A program made the position numbers and the translations under genes. Below are positions 49,450 to 62,182 of a DNA stretch of 64,000 nt, in pieces. The stretch is from Raillietiella orientalis. Taxonomy: Eukaryota. The notes beneath the pieces are model-generated. The model did no database searches and was not told the origin of the DNA. It saw only the letters and a program-made list of their open reading frames with translations. The stretch covers positions 1,860,001 to 1,924,000 of the forward strand of contig JAYWIR010000041.1 of the NCBI GenBank assembly GCA_036172245.1, given 5' to 3'. Within the stretch, counting starts at the first letter, position 1. Every line of letters begins with the position of its first letter.

Positions 49450-51000
49450 ACCGATTAATCAACTGAGACGCTTCATTCTTTTCGAGGCACTGACGGTCAG
49501 TAGAAAGTGATTGCATCTTGAAACAACAGCACGCTATGGAAAGTGATAACAAATCTTTTCCACTTTCATCCACGAAATGAAATCTTCCATCAAAGTCTCC
49601 TCGTTACCCTGGTGCACGTCTTCTCCTTCAGCTCGATGCCAGACCGGGGAAAAAGAGGGTCCGTCGCAAAAGGGCTGCTTGAGGAATCCGGGCATTTGGA
49701 ATTTACTCTGAAAATGGGAATCTCTTCAGGATTCTGGCATCATTGCTCAGCAGTGCAATCATAGGATCCACGGCGCATCTCTATCAAGAAAATGTGTCAG
49801 TCCTTCCAGAAACGAGCAGTAACAGGGATGATCGCAAAAGCAGTTAGGATCGCAGGACAAGCCCAATCCACCTTTTCAAGTTTTCGACCTCAGCATCCCA
49901 GCATGCTTAGTACCTGATTTTCTCTTTACGAATGACGACACGGAGATCCAATGTTGTTGGCCTGACGACGCGCAGTGTTTCCGACATCTCCTCTCTTTGT
50001 AGGCGGAAACAGTGGTAGATGAAAGCAAAGGAAAGCATTCAAAGAGATCTGCGGATCGTTTTTATCCTCCAGGGTTCCTCCGCGTAAGCAAACGGAACAT
50101 CGTCGTTCACGTAAACGTCCTTGGAGCCATTCCCAAATGAAAAAGTTGGCTCCTACCTACTGATAACTCTTCTCTTTTCTGCATCTTCTAATGAAATGGT
50201 GAGCAGATTCTAAGCGAAGCTTTGGACCATTTAGCCTCCCATTCCTGTAGCATAATTCCATCATCACAAAAACTAGTAGAGAAATGTCTCATCCTGAAAG
50301 CTATCTGCACATTCCCTGCGATCCTCTTGTTCCTTTTGACCCCCTCGGAGCCGTGTGTTTGATACCGCCCATTTTTTCATCTCTTTGAGGCCAGTTGAGA
50401 TTTTCGAGAAGATTTCACCACAGATCTTCCAGCAGGAGCGAGAATAAGCACTCCGCCCTATGTACTGACTCTCTCTTCCTTTCTGCAATCGATCGATCTG
50501 CATGCATCGCTGTACCGCGGCTGCATGCATCGCGAGAAGAACGCTTGTGATGGACGCCATATTGGTAGACAGAATTCCTCTTTCCCGAGATCCGCCACTT
50601 CGGATGTAGAAGGCGTCAGGCCTCTCTTTGCTCTGCTGCAGAACTCGGGCGCTTTCAGATTGGGGTAGGCGGTGGTGCATAGAGAGTTGTTTTCGACTCT
50701 GCCCGAACGGGTATCTCATTTACGGAACAGCAATGAAGCTCATTATCATGATCATTAATAATCATAATCAACGTCGAAAAAAGGGATCACTTTCCTTACT
50801 TCACGAATTTGTGGCATGTGGCATCGTCCACATCCCTCCCAGATGCCTTCCCGGATCACACGCGGGATGTTCGCACAGGCTCAAGAGGTTCTCTGAATCA
50901 ACGACCTTGCCCTCGACCTCCTCGGAAGAAGATTTCGCTTCGACGCACATCTCTTTTGAAGGAGGACGCGCCCCAGAACGAATGAATGCGCCAGAAGAAG
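49450..51000 (-). mobile_element. Decayed L1/Tx1-like LINE (APE to RT start)
   Basis: KERPDAFYIRS (SRIDxF), MASITSVL (WxLNxSLL), IALLSNDARIL (ISLLNxDYKIL). Confidence 0.5.
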
Positions 51001-52799
51001 GCTACTTTTCCAGCTCCCCTCCCATGTGAATTTGAGGGATCGCAGCATGCCCGCGGACGCAATGCCCTTCGTGGTAATGCGCCGATCTCGGGGTTACTCT
51101 AAACGATATGTCAGCAAGAGTCAGGGGTTTCTAAGCCGCCGTTTCCGGTCTGCATGAATTTTCGATTCCTCCCTCCCTCCTCCTGCCCCGCGTTTGGAAT
51201 GACATCTGACTCCAAAACATAAGGGAACGCAGTTGCTGTTTCCTGTACAAAATTTTTGTCGTTTTCGTCTTCCGCCCACTGAAGTGCTCGATGCTCTGGA
51301 TTTGCTTCCCTGATCCCAAGCTGCGATGCTCAGAGACACGAAAGCATCTCTTTTAAGTTGATGAGCGGCTTCCCGAAACCAAGGTTCCAGTGCCTCCAAT
51401 TCCAAAGGAAGGATTTCCTTTCCAGCCCCGTTTCCAGGCTTGTGAACCCGGAAAAATGTCATAAACCAAGTCTCTTGAGGAGTTCGTTCCATGTTCCTCC
51501 GAAAAAGAACGATTTCTTTGCCACGCTGATGGAAGCAGGAGGGAGCAGTCTGTCTTAAAGCGACCACTTCTCCAGATAAATGAGCCGCCCTGGGATCAGT
51601 AGGACTCTAGACTGAACCTGGACCCAATTCCGAACGAGCATCCATTTGAAGAAAGAGACCTCTCTAAGAAGTTTGGGATGCGTTGATTTGCTTTTCTCAT
51701 TCGAGAGAATGTCTTTCTTGCGATGAATATGAACATATTTTGAAGAACATATTAGTCTCGGCTCACCTTTCTTCTATCAGTGGAAGACATCTTTTCGCAG
51801 CCTAGGAAAAGTTCGCAAACAATCCAGTCATCAACAGCTCCGTTGATTCTTCTTCTTAACATACGACTTACCAATCGATCCACTCGTCTTCTGCTACCAG
51901 ATGAACTGCATTCCATGAAGGCTGAAGATTGTATTTAGGACAAGCCTCGCGGATGGCTGAGTTCTGTTTTCTCCTTCTTCTTCGGAGCGTGTCTTCCAAG
52001 CAGCATTTGTGGCCTTCGTGAATGGTATCCTGCTGCCATCTGGATCAGCGTGATTTTCGTTCATAACAGTTGCCCTGGGTTCCTTTAGTGACTGTTCGAT
52101 TCCCGGAGAAAAACGCTGCCCTCACGGTTGCAGAATTGACTGTTTGATGCGGCATCCTGAGTTCAGGTTCTCAACTCCTGCGGAAAAATAGCAGCTAATT
52201 CCAAATCGAGATCATAGTGTTCCGGAAACCATTCCTCTGCTCATGTCTCATTTGCAGCTTCCGAAAGAATTCGACTCCAGAACGGAAGCCTCCCATCTCA
52301 GCAATTTCCCTTCAGGGATGCTGGAGGAAAGCGTTCCATTAGGAGAAAATATCTTCAAGAAAATTCCGGAATTTCGTTCCGATGAAAACAGACGCATCGT
52401 CTTCTGAGCTTCTCTGAGTGTTCCTCTTCACCCGCTGATGTTTCCTGCTGTGCTGTGTCGTTCGTTCGCAACAAATGGATTCTGGTTTTTAATTCCCATG
52501 AACCGTTCCGGTTGCATCGTAAACACACACGCACGCACCAAGAACTCCAGAGTCTTTCAGTTGGTAAAGTGGCACTGTGGTAGAATTTGCTGAAGAATCA
52601 GGAGAAAGGTCAAATTCCCTCTCTTCTCTTAAGAAAGGGGACTCTTACGGAGACAGCGGGTGTAAGCTGACAACCAACACGAAGGAAGAGCTGAAAGTTC
52701 CCTAACAACGCTCCGTATGAACTTCATCAAGTCCACCTGCATCATTGCATGTAGGTGTGGTTAGCTGGCTAGCCACGTCCAAGATCCACTTGAGAGTGA

Positions 52800-53470
52800 C
52801 ACTTCGCAAGTGGGCACAGAACACTCGCTGCGGGTAAAGAGATTCTTCTATGGCTTCCTTCTATCTCGTTTATCCCTGTGCAGGCGTTACGGGAAGGATT
52901 AGAGCATTCCCGGGAAGAAAGGAGTAGGTGCTTGCATTCCTTTCCCCATTCGAGAATGGGGAAAGGAATTGCTACCATGGAAGTACGGGGCGGAAGCTGT
53001 GTTTGTCTTTGGAGCGCAAGTTTTCCTTGCGATTGAATCCCTCTCATTGCGTTCAGGAAGTGAAGTGTAGCCGTCGAAGGCGTCAAGAATGTTTGGTCAG
53101 GAAATTCTCTTGACCTCGTTTGTTTTCTTTCGTTCCAGTTTGACGGAACAAAACGACTTGCCCTGTCCGTTGGTAAAGGTGATCCATACCTTGGTAACAC
53201 AGTCCTCTCAGATGCCGCGGGAGTCTGGGGAAGACAAAACCGGCTTTCCCCTTAGGAAAATCAGCGTTAGAGTATGCAGATTACTCGACCTCCGCTGCAT
53301 ATTGATCTCGGTGATCTCATGTAGATGGTTCATATCCCTTTTGCAAAGCAAGCGGTTTATCAGTCCCATAACTTGCTCGCTTCGCACTCCTTCAAGCTTT
53401 CCCGAGATCGGTTCTAAGAGCTGGGTCTCTTTGAGACGAGCGGCCATCCCCGCAAGGCTGAAAGGAGCCA
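52800..53470 (-). mobile_element. R1-like LINE RT remnant
   Basis: TLIFLRGKPVLSSPDSRGI (LIxKxGKP...SYRPI). Confidence 0.4.
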
Positions 53471-55749
53471 ATCTGTTCCTTTAATTTCTTCCCGCATCAC
53501 CAATTCTTCTTGGCATGAATCCCTCCAGAATTATTGGAACAGATTGCCCCCATAGCAACAGCAAGCCCTTACATACCAGGCACGGAATGCAGAGGGGGTT
53601 GCCTTCATTGGTGAGGTTTCTAATGTGGACACTGATTAGTAATCATCTGTATGCAGTCGAAGGATCTGGAACTTTGGGCAAGGATGTAGAACCGGCTTCG
53701 ATTCAGTTTGCGACTTTTAATTTCAGTGCCAGTTATGACGCAGATAGAATTTTTATCTCCTTATCTACATTTTGTGAGGGTGCATAAAAATCACTACTGT
53801 GGGAGCGGAGTATCCGGAAGCAAGCTATAAAACCTATTTGCTCATCATTTCTTATTGATTGCTGTACGACCAATAGAAATGCGGAACGTTATAATCACTC
53901 TTTCGCTTTGATTTGAAAATTCTAGAGAACTATTGATTTTGGGCGAATACGTTTTTAAACATGGGAGCATTTTCTTCACCGCAGTATTTCCTCCTCTCCG
54001 GTGTCCTTGAACCAACCGTTCGCTTCCGCGTCGAAACCGGTGGCACAGATCCCCCCCCATCGCACCCACCAGCGGAGGAGCAGAGTGACATTCCGCGTTC
54101 ACTCCACAAAGGTGCCACTTCGAGCACGCTACACTTCTGTTCCTTCAGAGCTCTCGGGGGATAGCAAAACACGGAGTGTGTGGGATGCCGTTTTTTGCAT
54201 GGGGACTCTGCTTCCCGACGCCGCCACACTTCCGAGGCGCACCCGTCTACCCCTGATGCTCGAAGTTCTTCCTCGTTCCTCCAGGCGGGATCACCCATGA
54301 GAACGGCTGCCCTGCCTGAAAAGGGAGAAAAAATTCCGGCCGCGTTCGAATGGTTCACCGACGAGGGTTGCCAGAGATAGGTTGTGACGCGGATGCAACC
54401 GCTCTCGTCTTCGTATGAAACAGCAGATCCGATGGTATGAAGACATCTGGAGAATCTGCAGCAGCACAAAAGAATTACGTAGTCACGAACCCCGTGAGCG
54501 TTATCGTTGAAGAATAATCCACGAGAGGATCTTCTCGCTATGAGTGAGAGAATTCCTGATGATCACATGAAAATTCGGATGCACGGATACTGCAAGACTA
54601 ACTGGTGATCTCTGTTGTGACAATGAGTGCACCAAAGGCCGTCAGAAGGAATGCAGCTCTTAAACCCTCTTCGGAACAGAAAGGAACTGCAGAAGCGGAT
54701 GTCGCCCCTCGGTTTTGGAAGACGGAGTTTGAAGTCATCACCAGGAGAAAGATGGTTTGCTGATGAATTATTGCATCTCCCAGATCCGAACAGCAGCAAA
54801 AAAATTGACTGAAGATGGAAGCCATCCGTAGGCAGCATCAAAAAACCACTTCATCACGAGGCAGCGGGAGGAAACGTTTAAAAGATGAAGAAAGACAAGG
54901 ACGATTTCGTCCTCAGATCAATCTAAAATGAGGCAGAACCTTCCACAGAGCACCACCAACATCTTAATGGATACAGGTCAAACATAAAAGGCTAGAGAAA
55001 GCAGAAATCTTTGCAGGCGTTAAAAGATCGGCTGCTCTTACAGAGGCAAAGATTTCAGAATGAGCTCGTGGAAACCTTGAGAAAGAGCGTGGAGGGGCAT
55101 TACAAGAAAGAGAAGTAACAGCTTTGACTATGCTGCACCGTTTCCTAACTCAAGCACAGCAGGATTAAGCTGACCAGATGAGAGCGTTTCGAAGTACAGC
55201 AGCATGAGAAAATCAGTTTAGATCAGGAACGCAGGCAGCAGAGCTCCTCTGCATGCTCCCGGCTGACTAAGAATGGTGTGCGCCATTTCCTGGGAAATGT
55301 TGAGGCACAAAAGTTATCCGAGGCACACGTTTGGTGCGAGATAAAGTTGCCTGCCAAAAAAGAAAACGAACAATCAATCGCCGGCGCCAGCGTATCATGC
55401 TACTCAAACGTGACCTCGCAAAGGGTCGAAGCGGAGATGAGACAGCATCAATCTCGTATTCAAATGGTGACCTGGCTCGTTGTCAGATCCTTTCGCATAT
55501 TGCGCGTAGCTTTCCTATTGATTGGCTTTGCCATTGCTTATTGATTGGCTCCCCTTACCTATCTTCCTTGTTCCAGTTCCTTGCCTGCGCGCACGTCAGC
55601 CTTGCTCTTTCCCTCAGTGGCAAATAAAGAGGGTTAACTCAGTAAGTGCGTGAGCAGCCAAGCATGACCAATGCCCGAAGGATTAGCAAAGATCCGATTC
55701 AGCAAACATTGGCAATTCCTTTCTCAGAGGATGCTTCTGACGGTGTTTT

Positions 55750-57200
55750 CCCATGGTCGGAGAATGAGGGAGCACCGCGCATGCCTGTTTGCGGGCGGCC
55801 TTTTCATTTTTTTTTTTTTCCAGGAAAGTGAAAGAGCGATCCAGCAAGCCTGGTCCTCTCATCTTTCCCTTCTTCCTCCCATACTAATATCGCCCTGGCC
55901 AACGAGACAGCCAGATCCTCGCGCTTAACAGGAACTTTGCGATACCTCGATCGCCTATGAAAAGGTTCGTTCCTCTACATCTTCGGAACGGATCCATCCA
56001 TCTCTTTGTTAACAGCAAAATGGAAAGAAAGAAAAATGGAGAGAAGCTGAGAATGGAGATCTCTGAGTCATTTGTCATCGTCTCCTGATGAAACACGCTC
56101 CTGTTTCTCCATTCAGGGAGAAGAGGAACACTAGCATGCAACCGGAACAGGAAACACAGATAGGGAAGGGTGCAAGGGTCGTTGTCTGGTTTCGGGTTCA
56201 AAAATTCATGAAGAACGGAAGTAACCAATCTCAGAGTCTCTTTCCAGTGGATACAGTTGTGACTTGGATCCACTTTGCAGCCAGAGCGGGACTCTCTGGA
56301 GAGTATGGCGAGTTTTTACTCTAAGAGCAGGAGACAGATCGGAAGCTGAGAGTGTCCCGGCCTACAATGATGCAGATGAGCTGTGCAGATGAGCCGAGAC
56401 GCTTGCTTCATTCGCATGATCTTTCCGGCACTTGAGGTAATCATCTGATGAATCTTGCTCCGTCTGGATTCTAGATCCCGTGAGAATGGAAACTACAACG
56501 TTCTTGCTCCTCTTGCAGGAAAGAGAAGGACTCTGATTAAATGAAGATGCAGCAAAGGCCGTCTTCAGACTTCTCGCCTTCTGCGGTTTTTCGGTGCTCT
56601 GCAAAGTGCAGATAGTCAGCTGCCAAACCGTCCTGGACCGCGCCTGCTCCTTCCTCTTGTCCGCCTCAATGACCACTGTCCTCTTTGTGGTCTCGTGCAC
56701 CTTCATGGTCTTCACCATTAAGATGTGGCAAAGGTCATGGTCTCTTTCGTTCCCCAGCAAGTCGCTGAAGAGAAGAGGAAAAAAGAGTGGAATGCCATGT
56801 GGAGACGTCTGCCTGATGGTTTTTCACTGCTTTCGTCTGACGATGTATTTTTTGACAGCCAAACGTCGAAATTTGTCTGCGCAAAGAGGAATGGACACGG
56901 GAGGTCACAGCAGCGACTGAAAGAAAACAGGCTTTTGAGTGGTCCGGAAACGAGCATCCTGGAATAGTTTCCAGTCCTCAGGAGCACAATAAGAGTGTCG
57001 ATCATTGAGTTCCAGAGAATGGGGACAGGAAACAGAAACCCCTTTTGGAAATCCCTCGGGGTGCTTCCGAGGGATTTCCAAAAGGGGCTTTTCGTGCTAC
57101 CAGAGCCTTCAGCAATATCGATAGCAATGGCATTGCCAGTCCACGAGTGGATTCCAGAAGAGTGCGTAATCATTGAATCATTCTTGGAACGGGATGGGTC
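55750..57200 (-). mobile_element. Decayed CR1-like LINE (APE end to RT start)
   Basis: NSMIDTLI...GPL (APE end); LCFLFRL...LPEWRNRSV...SFSPFFFLS (PxEWK...YRPISL). Confidence 0.5.
57039..57087. repeat. Perfect 21-bp inverted repeat with 7-nt loop
   Basis: ccccttttggaaatccctcgg-ggtgctt-ccgagggatttccaaaagggg. Confidence 0.95.
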
Positions 57201-57779
57201 ATTTATCTAGAGGATCCCTGATCCCCCTTCCCATGTTGCGACACTCCAGCAGCTAAATCTGCTCTCGGAGGACACCCGTGCGGTAATGGTTTCTGGGGCG
57301 GGTGGGAGAGGACCGAAGATGCGCTACAAGAACGCGGAGCTCATGCTCTGCCTCTTACAGTCCCTAAAAAACTTCTGTGGGCGTAGGATTTTCGCCGCTC
57401 CGAAGCATCGTTCAACGGTGATCCATCTAAGGAGGATTACCATCCATGCACCAAAGGACGCAGTGGCGACCCGACTTTCCACACGATCTTTTAAGGTCAG
57501 TGGGGTATAATTTTTAGCCAGGATTTTCAGGTGTTCAGCGGCGGCGGGTTAGCTGAATTTCTGGCGACAGTAGCTGGCAGGTCATCCACCCAGCAAGAGC
57601 TGCGCGTGGGCGGCGCAGTTTATCAACCGGTTACGGTTCGTTCAAAAGATCGAACAGGCTAGCAACCAGGTTTTCTCAGCAGCAAAAAAATTTTGTCAAA
57701 AAAAAATTCAAGGGGGTTGTGCAACGACACGCAGGTTGGTCACTCCAGAAGTCGGAAACGAGTGGACGGAAATGATGAA

Positions 57780-58650
57780 TAAAAAAGAAAAAAGGACGGA
57801 GGGCAGTACTCTGGACAGCCCCTGCAGGAGATCTTTTCCAGCCCACGGAAGCTGCTGTGGGCTTCCTTTACCCCCCTTGCCTCCGTGCTGCTCTCCATGA
57901 AAAACGTTGGGGACAGCCAAGAGGAGGCATCGTGGGAAGTCTCCTGAATCATTGAAGGCAAGAAAAAACTCTTGAAGGCGTGGACACCTTCACCTTCAAC
58001 TAGCGGACGCTGCAAACCCGAGTGTCCCGCTTTTGACTTTTCCCGTTCCTTCTCAAACGCAATAGACGGCGAAATCGTCAAAGTGAAGCACGTGAGCGAC
58101 CCCTAACTTTGTGGGTTTTGCAAGCTTTCGGATCACGAAAAAGGTATGCCCGAAGATCCGGTGCAGCCAGCAGCTCGGGACGCCGCGTGCAAGACGGAGA
58201 CAGCGGCAAGGGGCACGCGACTGCCTTCCGCAACCAAGGGAACAACGGCGGTCTCCGATGGACCCCAAGCTCCCGGGGATTCATATGATGGAGCCTGCGT
58301 TTAGAGCGCGGGGAAAGTGTGCAAGAGAGGTGAAACGGAATCACTGGATGAAGTCGTCAGGGAAGACATGAGGCATCCCACGACCTGTTATACGATGCCA
58401 GAAGTCGTAGTGACCTCCATAAACGAAAACGTTCGGGTGGAGGCATGCGATGCGGCTGGGACCGTTGGCACTGCAGACTCGGCCTCCTCGCCTACCTATC
58501 AATCCTTGAGGAATGGAGCTTGCAAGCTGAAGAGGAGGATGTCTGGAAACCATCCAGATGTCTGGGACGCTTTCGCAGACGTCCTATTACCACATGGACT
58601 GCGCCAGTGCCTGGAACGCTTCGTACCCGCCAGCGGGTCTTCGTTCTGAA
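57780..58650 (+). mobile_element. Mutator/MULE transposase remnant
   Basis: DGGQYSGQPLQEIFS...PLASVLLSMK (DGTF..P..F.Q...P...LL..K), AFDFSRSFSNAI (DFExAxxNA), TYQSLRNGACKLKRRMSGNHPDVW (TNNxxEG.H..L...HPxxW). Confidence 0.65.
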
Positions 58651-59249
58651 GCTCGCAAGCAGGAAGCTAAGTGTAGCGAGGCAAAGGGAGGGTCAGCAAA
58701 GTCAAGTCCTCCTGGCACATCCTTGGAGGACGTCCGCGCATGGCTCGCCTCCCGGATTCCTCGGAAACCAGTCCAGCGAGTAAGACCGACGGCTGTGCGT
58801 TAGGCTGCACAGCGTCCGAAGCAAAGCGAAAGGGAGGGCAGATTCTCAGGGGACTTCCCGGAATTGAAGGGAGGACTGGTCTCTTCGGACGCGGTATCCG
58901 CCTGGTACCTGGGGAGGCCTCTGGGGCGGCGCAAAGAGTGCGCCTTCGCAAAACTCGTGAGAAATTTCTTGGTAAATAAATCCAGGAGTTGTGGGCCCTA
59001 CCACGTTCAAACATCAAAAAGGGAAGTTACTGAAATGCCTGGTCGTTGACTGCCGACGTCCACGTAGGAATAAATGGGAGGAGGGAGAGACATGAATTAA
59101 AAAAAAAAAAGGGACGGTCGGGAAGGGATGACAGTCTGTTCCGTGGCTCCTCCACACCTCAAAAGGATGCTGGCAGGTTTCTCTTCATTGCTCAGGAGGA
59201 GCCATCTCTTCACGATCCTCACAGAACAGGACGTTTCTGTAGTTTTTTT

Positions 59250-61150
59250 CCATTTCGGCGCGCGCTTCAGGCCGACACAAGACTGCGGAGATTGGAAACG
59301 GCTGCTATCGACTCAGCAGGGAGCATTGCATTGCGCACGTCTCTGGGGTTGTCCACTGGGGGCTGCGAAACCATGGCAAAACATTCTAGCACTATCCGGA
59401 GGGGAACACGCTCTACTATCAAGTCAGGAAGGATCCTCTTCGCCTGGCACAGATAAGGGGTTACCCAGTGATGCATGCACGCAGGAAGCACTGTGGGACT
59501 TCTCAAGATCGAAGACTGGCCTCGAAGCCCTGGTTGCACCACGAAGGATACAGGACCTATTATTCTGACGTTAAAGAATATGGAGCTGCAGCTCCAGTTT
59601 AGGGTGGTGACCATGATGACCAAGGACTGGACGCGGTATTGGTGCCTCGACCTTCTCGAGAAATCCTAAGGCTCTCGATTGGTTGCGAGGTACCTGGGAG
59701 CAGTCTCCCTGGAAGCAGTGGAAAGGACTGGAAGAAGTGAGTCGGAACCGCTTTCATCCCTCTAGCCACAAGGGTGTCCTTTCTAAGGAGAAGAAATGAC
59801 AGGTTTCGAACTGGCAGTGTGGGTGACCTCGTAGCAGGAATGACGAAATTGTTGGGACAGTAGGCGACAGGCCAGTTAGCTGATGCGGTGATGCCTATTA
59901 CCCGTGATAAAGGACCGCTCCGTTTGAGCAGCAGAATACCAGGGGAGATTTCCGCCGTAGGAGATTGCGACCCCTTCCCTCCATCTGGACAGTTCCGTGC
60001 TCTCCACCAAATGACAGCACCAAGAAGAATCGCTGCTCGCGCGCTTAGGCTTCCCGTGCAACTAGCGGTGGCAACGCTGGACGAGGGGGAGCGGAGCCTC
60101 CCCGAACCTCTCCAGAAGCAGGAAGATGGAAAATTCCGTGCGTCTCCTGCTGGAATGAGAAGGACTTCGAACCTTGCGTGGATTCCACTTCGAGCCGAAG
60201 GCATCCCAGAAGAGCTTTCGCGGAGCTGCTTCACGCTGCTTCTCCTGCTCTTCCCCATTCTCCCGATCCCGTGTTGCTGCAAGAGGATCATGGTGTCCTG
60301 GAACACGCAGGAGGCTCTCCAGAAAAGATCGCAGGAAGATCACACGCTTCCACTCTGATGCACGGCTACGGAGAGCGAAAGAAACGTGCGTAGGAACGGA
60401 GAAGATCCTCTCAATCGACACCTTTCCCTTTGTAAGGACCTTCAGGGCATCATTGCCAGCACGCTTGTCTCCAGGATAAAGACTTTAAGAGAGGAAACTC
60501 ACCAGACTTTCGATTCGAAACTCGCCTCTTCCTTGTAATCCTCTATTTTCTTCCGGTCAGGGATGGAGGAAACCAGTTTCCTCGATGGTCATCAGTAGTA
60601 CTCTCCAGATCAGAGACTATTGAGCCCAGGGACCAGTTTGATTGAGTCTCTCCTTGAGCATCCATCACCCAAGGGCGAAATTCACCAGAAAACGCAGGGT
60701 GTCTTCTTGCGATCCAGTTATTTCGGATGCATAGGATGAGTCCCCAAATCGATTTATCTCTTTCCTTGAGCATCCTCCCGGATTCCTCTCACATCTCCCA
60801 GTTCCTTAATCAGGGCAAGAAAATGGTTCGTCTGTGTGACGCAACTCCGCACTTCTCTCAAAATTCTCTCCTCTCTAAAGCTCCTGGTGAGCCACCTGTG
60901 AAAAGAGAGGGTTGGATCCAGCTTTCAATGACTTCAACGAGATTTTTACCCCTTTCCATCCTGAGCAGAAAGTACTTCTTTGTATTCACTTTCAGCTTCT
61001 CCAGTGCAACTCTGCTCTTGATTGTTTCCTCTTGTTCAGAACCCTTGGAATTGGAAGCACATCTTGAGCGTCAAAGCGGTACACGTTAGCTGAACTCGAA
61101 CCCGCATCTCTGAGTTTAGCTTTCCAAAAATTCCTGGTAACCATACGAAA
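59250..61150 (-). mobile_element. RTE-like LINE (APE + RT) remnant
   Basis: LCIRNNW...TDDHR (APE), GGKGSQSPTAEI...FVIP...RNLSFLLL (RT domains 0-2), FVVQPGLRGQSSILRSP (GVRQGxxLSP). Confidence 0.6.
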
Positions 61151-61849
61151 AGCAATTTCCCTATCCAAGGTGCTCTGCTTCTCTTTTGCATGCTCCTTCT
61201 TTCTTTCGGTTCCAGCGTCGTTCCTTATCATCCTTTTCCTGGAACCATCCCTTGCCTTATGCAATTCTAAAAGCCGACACTTGCTCGGTTGAATTTTTGC
61301 ACTGAAGCCTCCCTTGATGGTGGTCATCCAATTTTTGCAATGGCAGAAAATCTTGAGATGTCCCCTCCTCCCTTCCCACACACCATTGCTTCTGAGGATG
61401 AGAAAGCATCCTCCACTTGCAGCATCTTCGGAACAATGCCTTGGGTTCATCTCTAAGCTGGGAAGAGAACAGATGCATAGACCGGAAAAGCACTTGCAAG
61501 AGCAACGAGTAAGGACAGCGCTGTACTGCACCTCAGAAGTAGACTCCTTGGGAAGGCACCAGCATCCAGAATTTTCGTGTGCTGGAACTGTTTCAATAGC
61601 TCTCCCCTTTCCTTACCGAAGGCCATAAGAATCAACATCTTCGCTCCTTGGAATTTTTGGACGAAGACCTCGCTATCAGCGTGCTGGTCCTGCCACGACT
61701 CCAGACTTGCTCAGGCGCAAGTCTCACCCACTTCCTCACGTCAGATACATGGATGCCAGGCAGACAATTTATCGATCCTGCTCCTAAGCAACGCTCCAGA
61801 TCAGCCTCCGCCTGATTAGCGGCTACGGGAACATACCAAGAACGTGGTC

Positions 61850-62180
61850 GATTCCCACCTCCTTCCTTCGCATGAGTCTCATCTCCGCGCGAGGCGTCCT
61901 TCTACGTGCGGTCAGCCGCGGGCAGTCGGGATCCCTGCTGCCCCGAAACTGTGGCTAGGTGAGCAGCTTGGAGTTCCCGTCGGATAACCTGCCGGACTCC
62001 TGGAAGTGCCTCAGAATACCATATGCTGCCCCTTGGGCTACAATGCTTGGAGGCAGGAGGAGTGGGGACCAGGGCGCATGTGCCGATCACCACCCGAAGT
62101 CTTTTCGTTCCGCCTGGTACTGCATGGAGGTAATCCGAAGGAACCCGAGGAAGTTTTCCGCCCGGTCACGCCGGGCGTTT
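61850..62180 (+). mobile_element. Decayed LINE RT N-terminal fragment
   Basis: NLPDSWKCLRIP...HHPKSF...CMEVI (PxxWK...YRPIS...ME). Confidence 0.35.
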
Positions 62181-62182
62181 CT

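Noticed and set aside
57498..57750. hAT-MITE-like start (cagtgg...tagccaggatttt)
   Set aside because: No matching right TIR or 8-bp TSD found.
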